This document shows, in pieces, positions 8,864 through 17,266 of a stretch of DNA of 30,170 nucleotides. The translations under genes were made by a program, and so were the position numbers. The notes under the pieces are model-generated. The model was not told where the DNA came from and did no database searches. It saw only the letters and a list, made by a program, of their open reading frames with translations. Position 1 is the first letter of the stretch; every line of letters starts with the position of its first letter. Location: the NCBI GenBank assembly GCA_043788115.1, contig JAYVUH010000165.1, positions 1 through 30,170 on the forward strand, in the 5' to 3' direction. The stretch is from Burkholderiales bacterium (GTDB lineage Bacteria; Pseudomonadota; Gammaproteobacteria; Burkholderiales; Usitatibacteraceae).

Positions 8864-11800
8864 ATGCAATTGCTCCGGACATTGCTGGTCGTTCTGCTCC
8901 TACATGTCGGTACACCTTTTGGGCAAACGATAACCCTGTTTAGTGACGGCCTGACGCCCGGAGTTGAGTGGGCGGATATACGAGCAATAGCGAGAGGTGC
9001 AGACGGTAATCTTTGGTTTACAGAGAGTGCAGGACGAATTGGCCGAATCACGACAGCCGGAGTCATAACAGAATTCTCCGCTGGGCTATCTTTCAGGCCA
9101 GGCAGCATCGCTCTTGGTCCAGATGGCAATATGTGGTTCACCGAGCGCGCAGGCGCCAAAGTCGGCAAGATTACACCAGCTGGCGTCATTACCGAGTTTT
9201 CGCAAGGGATATCAGCAGGCGCGCGAATATTTGGTATCACTTCGGGACCTGATGGCAACCTTTGGTACTCCGCTTGCGGCACACAAAAAATCGGGCGTAT
9301 CACGACGTCTGGTGTTGTCACAGAGTTTGCAGCAGGCATCCCTGCCGGAGCGTGCCCTTCTGGCATCACTCAGGGACCAGACGGCAATATTTGGTTTGCT
9401 GATCAACAGAAACGAATTGGCCGAATTACGACTGCTGGTGTCGTCACTATGTTTACCGCCGGTCTTCCAACCGATACGAACGGAGGTCCTGTCTTCATCA
9501 CCGCCGGGCCCGATGGCAACCTGTGGTTCACCATCACTAACGGCTCCCGCGTTGGCCGGATTACTCCTGCGGGAGTCATAACCGTATTCTCGGTTCCCGG
9601 GGGAGCTGATCCAAACCCTTGGCAAATCGTAACCGGTTCGGATGGAAACCTTTGGGTCACTAATTACTATGGTAGCCAAGGGCGCCTAGTATGGAAACTA
9701 ACGACCTCGGGAGTGGCAACAGCGTTCACAGTCGCCTCTTCAGCGATTGGCGGCGGATACCCCCAGGCAATTGCGTCCGGTCCTGACGGTAGTCTATGGA
9801 TTGGGCATGACATCAACTACAACTACATAACCCGAATGACCACTGAGGGGGCTCAAACCCATTTTTCTGAGGGAATCACTAAAACGGTGCCTTTTCCGCA
9901 ACCTTATAGCATCGTCAGCGGATCTGACGGAAATCTATGGGCACCTTTGCTTGGAAGCCGCCGATTTGCCAAAATTACGATGCAAGGAAAAATTACCGAA
10001 ATATCGCCAAACCCAGACTTAAGCATAGGCGCTAGTTTAGTATTTGCGCCGGACGGTAACGGATGGTTTGGTAGTTATAACAGCGTCGCGTATGTCACCC
10101 TTGCGGGTGAGACCAAGCAGTTCGGCTTAGGCGGATGTCAGAGTGGAACACCCAACAACTATCCTTATTCAGGTCTGCCTACGCTAGGGCCAGATGGAAA
10201 CGTTTGGGTTGTGGTGGGGCAATCTACGGCTTCTGGGCAATACCAACATTGCATAGCAAAAGTTACTCTTGCGGGCGTGGCGTCAAAAGTCGTAACCCTC
10301 TCAAGCGACCTCGCACCGGCGGCGATGGCCGCTGGGCCAGACGGAAATATGTGGTTTGTAGGTGGAGGGGGTAGCAGTCCTACCAGCACACCGAGCGTCG
10401 GGCGCATCTCGCCAACTGGCGAGGTTGCGACCTTCCCTACAGGTGTCGACTCTCGTTCGTTATTCACCTCAATTGTCGCAGGCCCAGACGGCAACATGTG
10501 GTTCACCGACCGCTTGGGGCAAATCGGGCGGATTACGATGACGGGCACGGTCACCTTTTTCAATCAGAGCACTGGGAACGCCCTTTTGTATTATCAGGCC
10601 ATCACCGCCGGGCCCGATGGAAGCCTTTGGTTTACTAGGGGAGGTAATGGGGTTGTTGGCAGCGCCATTGGTCGAATTACAACGTCCGGCGTAGTGACGA
10701 TATTCGGCGAAGGTATCCTCACCAACTCTTCCCGATGGGGAATCACCGCCGGCCCTGACGCGAATATTTGGTTCACCGAATATAGCGGCAACAAGATAGG
10801 TCGACTTACCACCGGGCTGGTGCCGAACAACATTGAGTTTCCAATCATACCCACCCAAAACTTGGCAAGCGCAACCTACACGCTGTCTGCCACTTCGACG
10901 TCTGGAGGTAATGTCGCTTTCACATCGGCGACACCAAGCGTGTGCGCCGTTAACGGCCGGACAGTTGCGTTCGTGCAAGCTGGCACTTGCACCATCGCTG
11001 CGAATCAAGCCGGAGGTTCTCAATATGCTCAAGCCCCGCAGGTCCTGCGGTCATTTCAAATAACTTCGCTTTTGGTACAAACGATAGCGTTCAACCCTGT
11101 TCCAAACAGGGCGTTGGGTAGCGCGCCCCTCACGCTCTCAGCTAGTGCTAGCTCGCTCCTTCCCGTTACCTTTAGTTCGCTGACGCCATCCGTATGCACG
11201 GTGAGTGGTCTTGTCGTCACAAACGTCGCGGTAGGTACCTGCACAATTGCTGGCAACCAAGGCGGGAACGCAACATTAGGCGCAGCTCAACAAGTGACAC
11301 AGTCTTTCCAAGTTACTGCCGGCAATCCGCCATCACCAGCAGTCCGAGGTGCAATCGATCTGGATGGAAACGGTAGGAATGCGTTTTTGTTACGCAGTGC
11401 CACTGCGCGGATGTTGGTAGGTAGATTTACGAACGGCGCATTTCTGTTTTCGGCTCTTACTGATCCCGGTTCCGCTTTTCGGCTTGTGGGTGTTGGCGAT
11501 TTCGATGGCAACGGAAAATCTGACCTTGCGTTTCAGAACATGACTCAGGGCGAATTGGGCGACATTAAGATTTGGAAGGACTTTTCTCCTTCAAATGAAA
11601 TCTACTGGCGGCAGGTTAAGCAGGTCTGGGACGTGCAGGCTACTGGTGATTTAGACGGAGACGGCTTCAGCGATATGGTTTGGCGCTATGTAGTGACTTC
11701 TTCGGCGGATACTGGCGTTTCTTATGTTTGGTTCACGAACGGTTCAAGCGTAACCCAGGTACGCAAGCGTGGAGGTGCTCCACTCGACTGGCAACTGCTC

Positions 11801-12364
11801 GGTGCTGCCGATTTGAATGGTGATCGCGCAGCGGACATGGTCTACATTAATCCTGCCGGTCAGGTGCGCGTACTGATGGCGACTCCCGGCAGAACCTGTG
11901 CAAATCTAACTGCTGGAAGCATACCGGCTGGGTATTCGGCGTTGAAACTGGCGGATTTCACTGGTAGCGGTCGAGCGGAGATTCTCATTAAAAATGCCGC
12001 TGGCCAAGCACAGCTTCTCGCACTGAATGGATCTGGGCTTACTCTCCCACCGTACATGGGCGCGCCAGATGACCAAAACGCGGCTTGCACATCAACCTCG
12101 CTAGCAGTTGGTACGAGCGTCTTGGCGTTGCCAAATATAGACCCAAGCTGGCAGTACTATGTGTCCGGAGACTTTAACGGCGACGGTATTGCCGATATCG
12201 TCTGGGTGCGACCAGATGGGACGTTGACCATGTGGCAAATGAACGCCGGTCTCTTAACCGGGAATAGTGCAGCACCAACTGTGTTGAACGACGTTGGTAG
12301 TGCTCCCCAAGGCTACTCGGTGTTCAATGGTGAAAAAAGCGGCACAAAGAGACTGCGGCAGTAG
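8864..12364 (+). CDS. Secreted multidomain protein: signal peptide, 14 Vgb-like (GPDGNxWF) propeller blades, 2 Ig-like repeats, FG-GAP/VCBS-like repeats
   Basis: Hydrophobic N-terminus; 14 G[PSA]DG-type motifs counted; two ~80-aa repeats each with PSVC...GTCTI; five clear DxDGDGxxD-type motifs plus one degenerate; AAGGGG RBS. Confidence 0.85.
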   Translation: MQLLRTLLVVLLLHVGTPFGQTITLFSDGLTPGVEWADIRAIARGADGNLWFTESAGRIGRITTAGVITEFSAGLSFRPGSIALGPDGNMWFTERAGAKVGKITPAGVITEFSQGISAGARIFGITSGPDGNLWYSACGTQKIGRITTSGVVTEFAAGIPAGACPSGITQGPDGNIWFADQQKRIGRITTAGVVTMFTAGLPTDTNGGPVFITAGPDGNLWFTITNGSRVGRITPAGVITVFSVPGGADPNPWQIVTGSDGNLWVTNYYGSQGRLVWKLTTSGVATAFTVASSAIGGGYPQAIASGPDGSLWIGHDINYNYITRMTTEGAQTHFSEGITKTVPFPQPYSIVSGSDGNLWAPLLGSRRFAKITMQGKITEISPNPDLSIGASLVFAPDGNGWFGSYNSVAYVTLAGETKQFGLGGCQSGTPNNYPYSGLPTLGPDGNVWVVVGQSTASGQYQHCIAKVTLAGVASKVVTLSSDLAPAAMAAGPDGNMWFVGGGGSSPTSTPSVGRISPTGEVATFPTGVDSRSLFTSIVAGPDGNMWFTDRLGQIGRITMTGTVTFFNQSTGNALLYYQAITAGPDGSLWFTRGGNGVVGSAIGRITTSGVVTIFGEGILTNSSRWGITAGPDANIWFTEYSGNKIGRLTTGLVPNNIEFPIIPTQNLASATYTLSATSTSGGNVAFTSATPSVCAVNGRTVAFVQAGTCTIAANQAGGSQYAQAPQVLRSFQITSLLVQTIAFNPVPNRALGSAPLTLSASASSLLPVTFSSLTPSVCTVSGLVVTNVAVGTCTIAGNQGGNATLGAAQQVTQSFQVTAGNPPSPAVRGAIDLDGNGRNAFLLRSATARMLVGRFTNGAFLFSALTDPGSAFRLVGVGDFDGNGKSDLAFQNMTQGELGDIKIWKDFSPSNEIYWRQVKQVWDVQATGDLDGDGFSDMVWRYVVTSSADTGVSYVWFTNGSSVTQVRKRGGAPLDWQLLGAADLNGDRAADMVYINPAGQVRVLMATPGRTCANLTAGSIPAGYSALKLADFTGSGRAEILIKNAAGQAQLLALNGSGLTLPPYMGAPDDQNAACTSTSLAVGTSVLALPNIDPSWQYYVSGDFNGDGIADIVWVRPDGTLTMWQMNAGLLTGNSAAPTVLNDVGSAPQGYSVFNGEKSGTKRLRQ

Positions 12365-12543
12365 GCCGGACCTTCTTGTTTGCAAAACACTGCCCCAGCC
12401 AACTCAACCAGCTTAGTTGCGGTGGCAATTCCCCGCTCACGCTGTGCACTAGCTAGTGCTGACATGCGCACGGTTCGACAATTATCGGCCCGTTCGATTG
12501 TGCCAATCGGTCGGATTCGTGCCGGCTTGTGCCGCAGTCGAAT

Positions 12544-12720
12544 GACGGCTTTCGGGAAAGTTAAAGGACGGCTTCGGGTCAATAGCAGACATGCACCTTT
12601 ACTATGCGCGCTGAATCCAACTGTTCAAGCGTGACCTTTCCCGCCTCCGCAAAGCAGACCTTTGGGCATCGCCACTGTACGAGGGCAGTCCAGCCTGCGG
12701 ACGAATTTGTCGGGCTTAAT
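12544..12720 (+). repeat. Right boundary of the putative insert: clustered imperfect palindromic units plus direct-repeat half
   Basis: GACGGCTTTCGGGAAAG (12544-12560), GACGGCTTCGGGTCAATAGCAGAC (12567-12590), a second AGCAGAC-ending unit (to 12659), then CCAGCCTG...CGGGCTTAAT (12690-12720). Confidence 0.5.
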
Positions 12721-14953
12721 GCCCCGATTTCGGATAAGCGGGCGTGTTGTCTGGGCTCACACCCAGTTTCACAATTGCGCCAAGCAGCGAGCCAAAACTT
12801 CCCTCACCACGCGTCCAGTCGTTCAACGCTTTGCCGACCGCGAGCTTACCAACCGTCGCTGTGGATCGTTTGTAAATACCCGCCGCGAATTTATTGGCTT
12901 CGCCCATGGTCGGGTAGGTGTGGATGGTACCGAGGATGCCTTCGAGCCCGAAGCCGTGTTTCATTGCCGCGACGAACTCAACCAGAATATCGCCCGCGTG
13001 TTCGCCAACAATGGTGGCACCTAGAATCTTGTCCGAGCCCCTCGGCGTGATGACTTTCACGAAGCCATGCGCTTCGCCGTCCGCGATGGCGCGATCGAGA
13101 TCGTCGATGCCATACACGTGCGTATCAAACGCGATGCCCTTTTCTTTGGCTTCTTGTTCGTTTAATCCAACGCGCGCAACTTCAGGGTCGGTGAAGGTCG
13201 CCCACGGCACAACGGAAAAATCGACTTTGAATTTCTTGAACTTGCCGAACAACGCGTTCACGGCGCAATACCACGCCATATGCGCCGCCGTGTGCGTGAA
13301 TTGATAGGGGCCCGCAACGTCGCCGCAGGCAAAGATGTTCGGGTAGATGGTCTCTAGGTATTCGTTGGTCTCGACCACCTTGGTGGCTGGGATGCCAAGC
13401 TCCTCTAAGCCAAAGCCCTTGAGGTTGGCCACGCGCCCGACCGCGCACAATAATTCGTCGAATCCAATTTTCTTATCTACGCCGTCATGTTCAACCACCA
13501 GATATTTCTCGCCATTCTCGACCACCACCTGCTTCGCCTTGTGGTTGACCAGCACCGTCACGCCTTCGGCTTCAAATTTTCTTTTCACAATCGCCGAGAC
13601 TTCCGGGTCTTCGCGAAGCATGATGCGTGGCGCCATTTCAACTTGCGTGACCTGCGAGCCGAAGCGCGCGAAACACTGCGTCAGCTCCGAACCGATCGGG
13701 CCGCCGCCGAGCACCACGAGGCGCTTTGGCAGTTTGCGAATATTCCAGATGTTGTCCGAGGTGAGCGGATTGATTTCTGCAAGCCCCGGAATCGGTGGCA
13801 CAAACGGTCGCGCGCCGGTCGCAATCACAATGTTCTTCGTCGTGAGCCGCTGCTTGCTGCCGTCGTCTTTGGTGACTTCAACTTCCCAAGGGCTGAGGAT
13901 GCGCGCCGACCCCTTGACGCAATCGACGCCCAAGCCGGTGTAGCGTGCAACTGAATCGTGCGGCTCAATTTCATCAACGACCTTGCTGACGCGTTCCATC
14001 ACCTCTGCGAAATCCCATGTCGCCGAGGCTGACGCAATACCAAATTCTTTGGCGCGTGAAATATGGTTTAACAGCTTTGCCGAACGGATCAGCGCTTTGG
14101 ACGGCACGCAGCCGGTGTTGAGGCAATCGCCACCCATCTTGTGTTTTTCCACCAGCGTGACTTTGGCTTTGACGGCCGCCGCGATGTAGCTGGTTACGAG
14201 CCCCGCCGAGCCTGCCCCAATGACCACAACGTTGCGGTCGAAGTGGCTGGGCTTTTTGTCAGTCCACGGCGCATAGATCTTGTTCGCCTTAACGCGCTCG
14301 ATAACTTTCTTGGCGATGATCGGGAAGATACCGAGCAGCACGAAGGCGCCAATCAAGCCGGGATTCAGAATGCCTTTCAACGACGTGATTTCTGCGAGTT
14401 GCATACCGGCGTTGACGAACACCACGGTGCCGAGAAACATTCCGACTTGGGAAACCCAGAAGAACGTCCACATACGCATCGGCGTGAGGCCCATCAACAC
14501 GTTGATCAGAAAGAACGGAAACGCCGGGACCAGACGCAGCGTGAACAGATAGAACGCGCCTTCTTTTTCGATACCGGCGTTGAACGACTTCAACTTATCG
14601 CCAAATTTCGCTTGAATGCTGTCGCGCAGAATAAAGCGTGCCGTGAGAAAGGCGAGCGTTGCACCCAAGGTCGACGCGAACGACACCAAAATCACGCCTT
14701 TGACCAAACCAAACAACGCGCCGGCCACTAGCGTCAAGATGGCTGCGCCGGGCAGTGATAGGCCGGTGGCGGCAACGTAGATCAGAAAGAAAATCAACGT
14801 GGTCTGCCAAGGGTTGGCTTGATAGTAGCCGGAGATCGTCGCTTGCTGCGCCTTGACATACTCGAGGCTGACAAATCGACCGAGGTCGAAGATAAAGAAT
14901 GCCGCGATTAGCGCACCAACGGCCAGCACCAACAACATCTTGCTCTTGTTCAT
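12716..14953 (-). CDS. TVP38/DedA (VTT) membrane domain fused to a pyridine nucleotide-disulfide oxidoreductase (lipoamide dehydrogenase/MerA-like fold)
   Basis: N-terminal SLPGAAILTL...GALFG...LRLVPAFPFFLIN (VTT); FAD-binding VIGAGSAG; redox disulfide GGDCLNTGCVPSK; NAD-binding LGGGPIG; C-terminal HTYPTMGE. GGGAG RBS favours ATG 14953. Confidence 0.88.
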   Translation of the reverse strand: MNKSKMLLVLAVGALIAAFFIFDLGRFVSLEYVKAQQATISGYYQANPWQTTLIFFLIYVAATGLSLPGAAILTLVAGALFGLVKGVILVSFASTLGATLAFLTARFILRDSIQAKFGDKLKSFNAGIEKEGAFYLFTLRLVPAFPFFLINVLMGLTPMRMWTFFWVSQVGMFLGTVVFVNAGMQLAEITSLKGILNPGLIGAFVLLGIFPIIAKKVIERVKANKIYAPWTDKKPSHFDRNVVVIGAGSAGLVTSYIAAAVKAKVTLVEKHKMGGDCLNTGCVPSKALIRSAKLLNHISRAKEFGIASASATWDFAEVMERVSKVVDEIEPHDSVARYTGLGVDCVKGSARILSPWEVEVTKDDGSKQRLTTKNIVIATGARPFVPPIPGLAEINPLTSDNIWNIRKLPKRLVVLGGGPIGSELTQCFARFGSQVTQVEMAPRIMLREDPEVSAIVKRKFEAEGVTVLVNHKAKQVVVENGEKYLVVEHDGVDKKIGFDELLCAVGRVANLKGFGLEELGIPATKVVETNEYLETIYPNIFACGDVAGPYQFTHTAAHMAWYCAVNALFGKFKKFKVDFSVVPWATFTDPEVARVGLNEQEAKEKGIAFDTHVYGIDDLDRAIADGEAHGFVKVITPRGSDKILGATIVGEHAGDILVEFVAAMKHGFGLEGILGTIHTYPTMGEANKFAAGIYKRSTATVGKLAVGKALNDWTRGEGSFGSLLGAIVKLGVSPDNTPAYPKSGH

Positions 14954-15028
14954 TACCACTCCCTGAAGAACGACACCCGTTGGTCGCGGTTGCCGTCCGA
15001 AAATTACGTTTTGATCATGCCGCCGATG

Positions 15029-15988
15029 CTACGCGCAAATAGACGGCGCCCGACCCAATCCCAGCGCGTGCGGCGCGGCGTACGCCGGGCCATCGACAAT
15101 ACGCTTGAAATACGAGCGGTGTGCCGGTGAGTCGGTCGGCCAGTCAGCGAGGAAGCGCGCCTTGAACGCCGCCTGATCGTAGTGCACCGGTATCGCATCA
15201 ACGAATGTTGGCCCGAACTGCCGCCCATATTGCGACCAGCCGTCGGGCGCGGGATGGCTCGACAGACGGGAAATCAGCCCGTAGTGCGTGCCGCCAAAAT
15301 TCGGCATTCCGGCCGCGCCGTTGTTGATCACGAACGCTGCTCGCCCGCCGTTTGCGAATTGGCGGAACGTTGGTAAGCAGGTATGGCTGGAGGCGAATCC
15401 CACTAGGTTTGCCGAGGCGCAGACATCCATCAGCCAAGCGACATTGTCTGCATCGTGCAGGCTGTCGTGGGCAAATCGCCAGCCTGCGAGCGATTCAGCG
15501 TCGCCGTGAACAATACCGATACGCTGCTCGCCGATTTGTGCGACGAGGTGCATCGGTAGTGCGGCCAACCTGGCAGCGTCCTCCGGAAACTGCGCGGCCG
15601 TCCGGCGCAGCGCGCGCATGATTTCATTCGAACGCTCAACGTCGGCGTCATCGACATAGTCCGGGTAGGCGCAGCCACATCCCGCGTCGTCCGCATCGGC
15701 GCGCAGTTCCGTCTCGACATTGCCGCGCAACGCAGTGTGCTTGAGCACCCCTGCATTGACCGCGGCGAAGGTGTGTGGGTCAGTGTCAAACCAGTGAAAA
15801 TCGCCGTTGAAGACGAGTGTCGGCGGCACGATTTCTTTGGCCGCCAGCGCAAGGATCGCGGTGAGCGCTGGCAGGTTGCCGTACAGCCCACCGATCACAT
15901 AGACCGTTTCGGCGACGACGTCCGCGTCGCGTGCGAACACACTCGGACTGTAGCGGTAATCGATTGGGCAGGAACGGCCGGGAGTCAT
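15029..15988 (-). CDS. Calcineurin-like metallophosphoesterase-fold protein with degenerate metal ligands and a CGC motif
   Basis: YVIGGLYGN, VFNGDFHWFD, LRGNVE, IVHGD and SSHTC align with phosphoesterase motifs I-V; also GRSCP and GCGCAYP. Confidence 0.65.
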   Translation of the reverse strand: MTPGRSCPIDYRYSPSVFARDADVVAETVYVIGGLYGNLPALTAILALAAKEIVPPTLVFNGDFHWFDTDPHTFAAVNAGVLKHTALRGNVETELRADADDAGCGCAYPDYVDDADVERSNEIMRALRRTAAQFPEDAARLAALPMHLVAQIGEQRIGIVHGDAESLAGWRFAHDSLHDADNVAWLMDVCASANLVGFASSHTCLPTFRQFANGGRAAFVINNGAAGMPNFGGTHYGLISRLSSHPAPDGWSQYGRQFGPTFVDAIPVHYDQAAFKARFLADWPTDSPAHRSYFKRIVDGPAYAAPHALGLGRAPSICA

Positions 15989-16123
15989 GGTGGTAGTCGG
16001 GATGGAGGCGCGGCGGAAGACACGGAGGAAACTACAGCAGCTGCGCGAACCGTGGCGGTTAACTGCTGCTCAAGGGCGTCAAGAAGCTAAACACAAGTAA
16101 ATACGGGCATCTCCAGACATTTT

Positions 16124-16153
16124 GTGCTGAAAACGCCCGCCAATAAACGACTT
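16124..16153 (-). repeat. Dispersed intergenic repeat, copy B
   Basis: Minus strand reads AAGTCGTTTATTGGCGGGCGTTTTCAGCAC; 19-nt core identical to 4496-4514. Confidence 0.75.
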
Positions 16154-16160
16154 CTGTCTT

Positions 16161-17162
16161 TTATTCTGCAGCCATCAAATCGTTGGCTGATTCGCTGTCC
16201 GCGTCGAGCGCACCGCCGCAACTCGACCCTTGTCCGGCGGTGCAGCCGTAGCAATGGTCTTTCACGACGATAGAATTGCCCAACAGATCCACGCCGATCA
16301 AATCGCGCAAATGTGTTTTCAGTTCTGTACCGTTTTGTATCGGCAGGCCCAGCATCTGATTGAAATCACAGTCGTAAACATAGCCCAGATAGTCAACCGA
16401 GATCAACGAGCGGCACATCACATTGTCGAGATTGTGCTGCTGAAAATTGGCCACCAGCAGATCCATGTAGCCTTCAAACTCGCCTTTGGAAATCAACGTT
16501 GAGCCAAAGCGCTGGATGGGCATATTGGTGATGGTAAACAGGTGATCGAAGACAATGCCGAAATTCTGTTTGAGCAAACGGTGGTAGTCGGCTTCCAACG
16601 CTTCTTGGGGCGGCGGCAACTTCGCACCCTGCGGGTTGTACACCAAGTTAAGCACCAGCCCGCTGCCGGGCACGCCATAGCCGAGTGCGTTGAGTTGCTT
16701 GAGGCCGGTGATGGACGCTTCAAACACGCCCTCGCCGCGCTGCTTGTCGACATTTGCCTGCGAGTAGCAGGGCAGTGATGCCGACACTTCGACGTAATGA
16801 CCGGCCAAAAACTGCGCCAGGTCCTCAAAGCCGGGCTCGCCCAGAATCGTTAGATTGCACCGATCAATCACCCGCACGTTCATCGAACGCGCCGCGACAA
16901 CCAGACGCCGGAAATTGTCATTCATCTCCGGCGCGCCGCCGGTCAGATCGAGCGTCGTGACGTTCGACGCCTGCATGAAGGCAATCACGTCGTCGATGGT
17001 GTCAGCGGACATCATCTCTTTGCGATCGGGGCTCGCATTGACGTGGCAATGAAAACACGACTGATTACATTTGTAGCCGAGATTGACTTGCAACGTATTG
17101 AGCGCATTGCGCCGAATATGCGGAAAACCGCGTGACTTCATCAAGTGCAAGGTTTGATGCAT
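16161..17162 (-). CDS. arsS: Radical SAM/Cys-rich domain protein, ArsS-like (arsenosugar biosynthesis family, DUF3641 C-terminus)
   Basis: TLQVNLGYKCNQSCFHC (CxxxCxxC), LDLTGGAPE, ASLPCY, MCRSLISVD...YDCDFNQML, HCYGCTAGQGSSCGG. The family call is firm; the arsenic-specific function is not. Confidence 0.82.
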   Translation of the reverse strand: MHQTLHLMKSRGFPHIRRNALNTLQVNLGYKCNQSCFHCHVNASPDRKEMMSADTIDDVIAFMQASNVTTLDLTGGAPEMNDNFRRLVVAARSMNVRVIDRCNLTILGEPGFEDLAQFLAGHYVEVSASLPCYSQANVDKQRGEGVFEASITGLKQLNALGYGVPGSGLVLNLVYNPQGAKLPPPQEALEADYHRLLKQNFGIVFDHLFTITNMPIQRFGSTLISKGEFEGYMDLLVANFQQHNLDNVMCRSLISVDYLGYVYDCDFNQMLGLPIQNGTELKTHLRDLIGVDLLGNSIVVKDHCYGCTAGQGSSCGGALDADSESANDLMAAE

Positions 17163-17266
17163 GGCAGGCTCGAATGGAATTGAAAGATGCTAACCGATCC
17201 TGTTAGCTACGTAGCGGCGAAGATCGTGGATGCAGTTTGGTCGATTTTTAATCCCGAACCTGACAG

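Noticed and set aside
8864-10830. Virginiamycin B lyase (streptogramin resistance gene)
   Set aside because: Only the repeat motif matches. The protein has a signal peptide, two propellers plus extra domains, and no recognisable catalytic His motif.
8441-12716. Integron cassette or IS element
   Set aside because: No integrase or transposase ORF, and no attC-type RYYYAAC...GTTRRRY structure or clear terminal inverted repeats.
12716-14953. Mercuric reductase MerA
   Set aside because: No C-terminal Cys-Cys pair, no N-terminal HMA domain and no mer genes nearby.
16201-16260. Selenocysteine in the ArsS-like C-terminal motif
   Set aside because: All Cys codons in HCYGCTAGQGSSC read TGC; there is no in-frame TGA.
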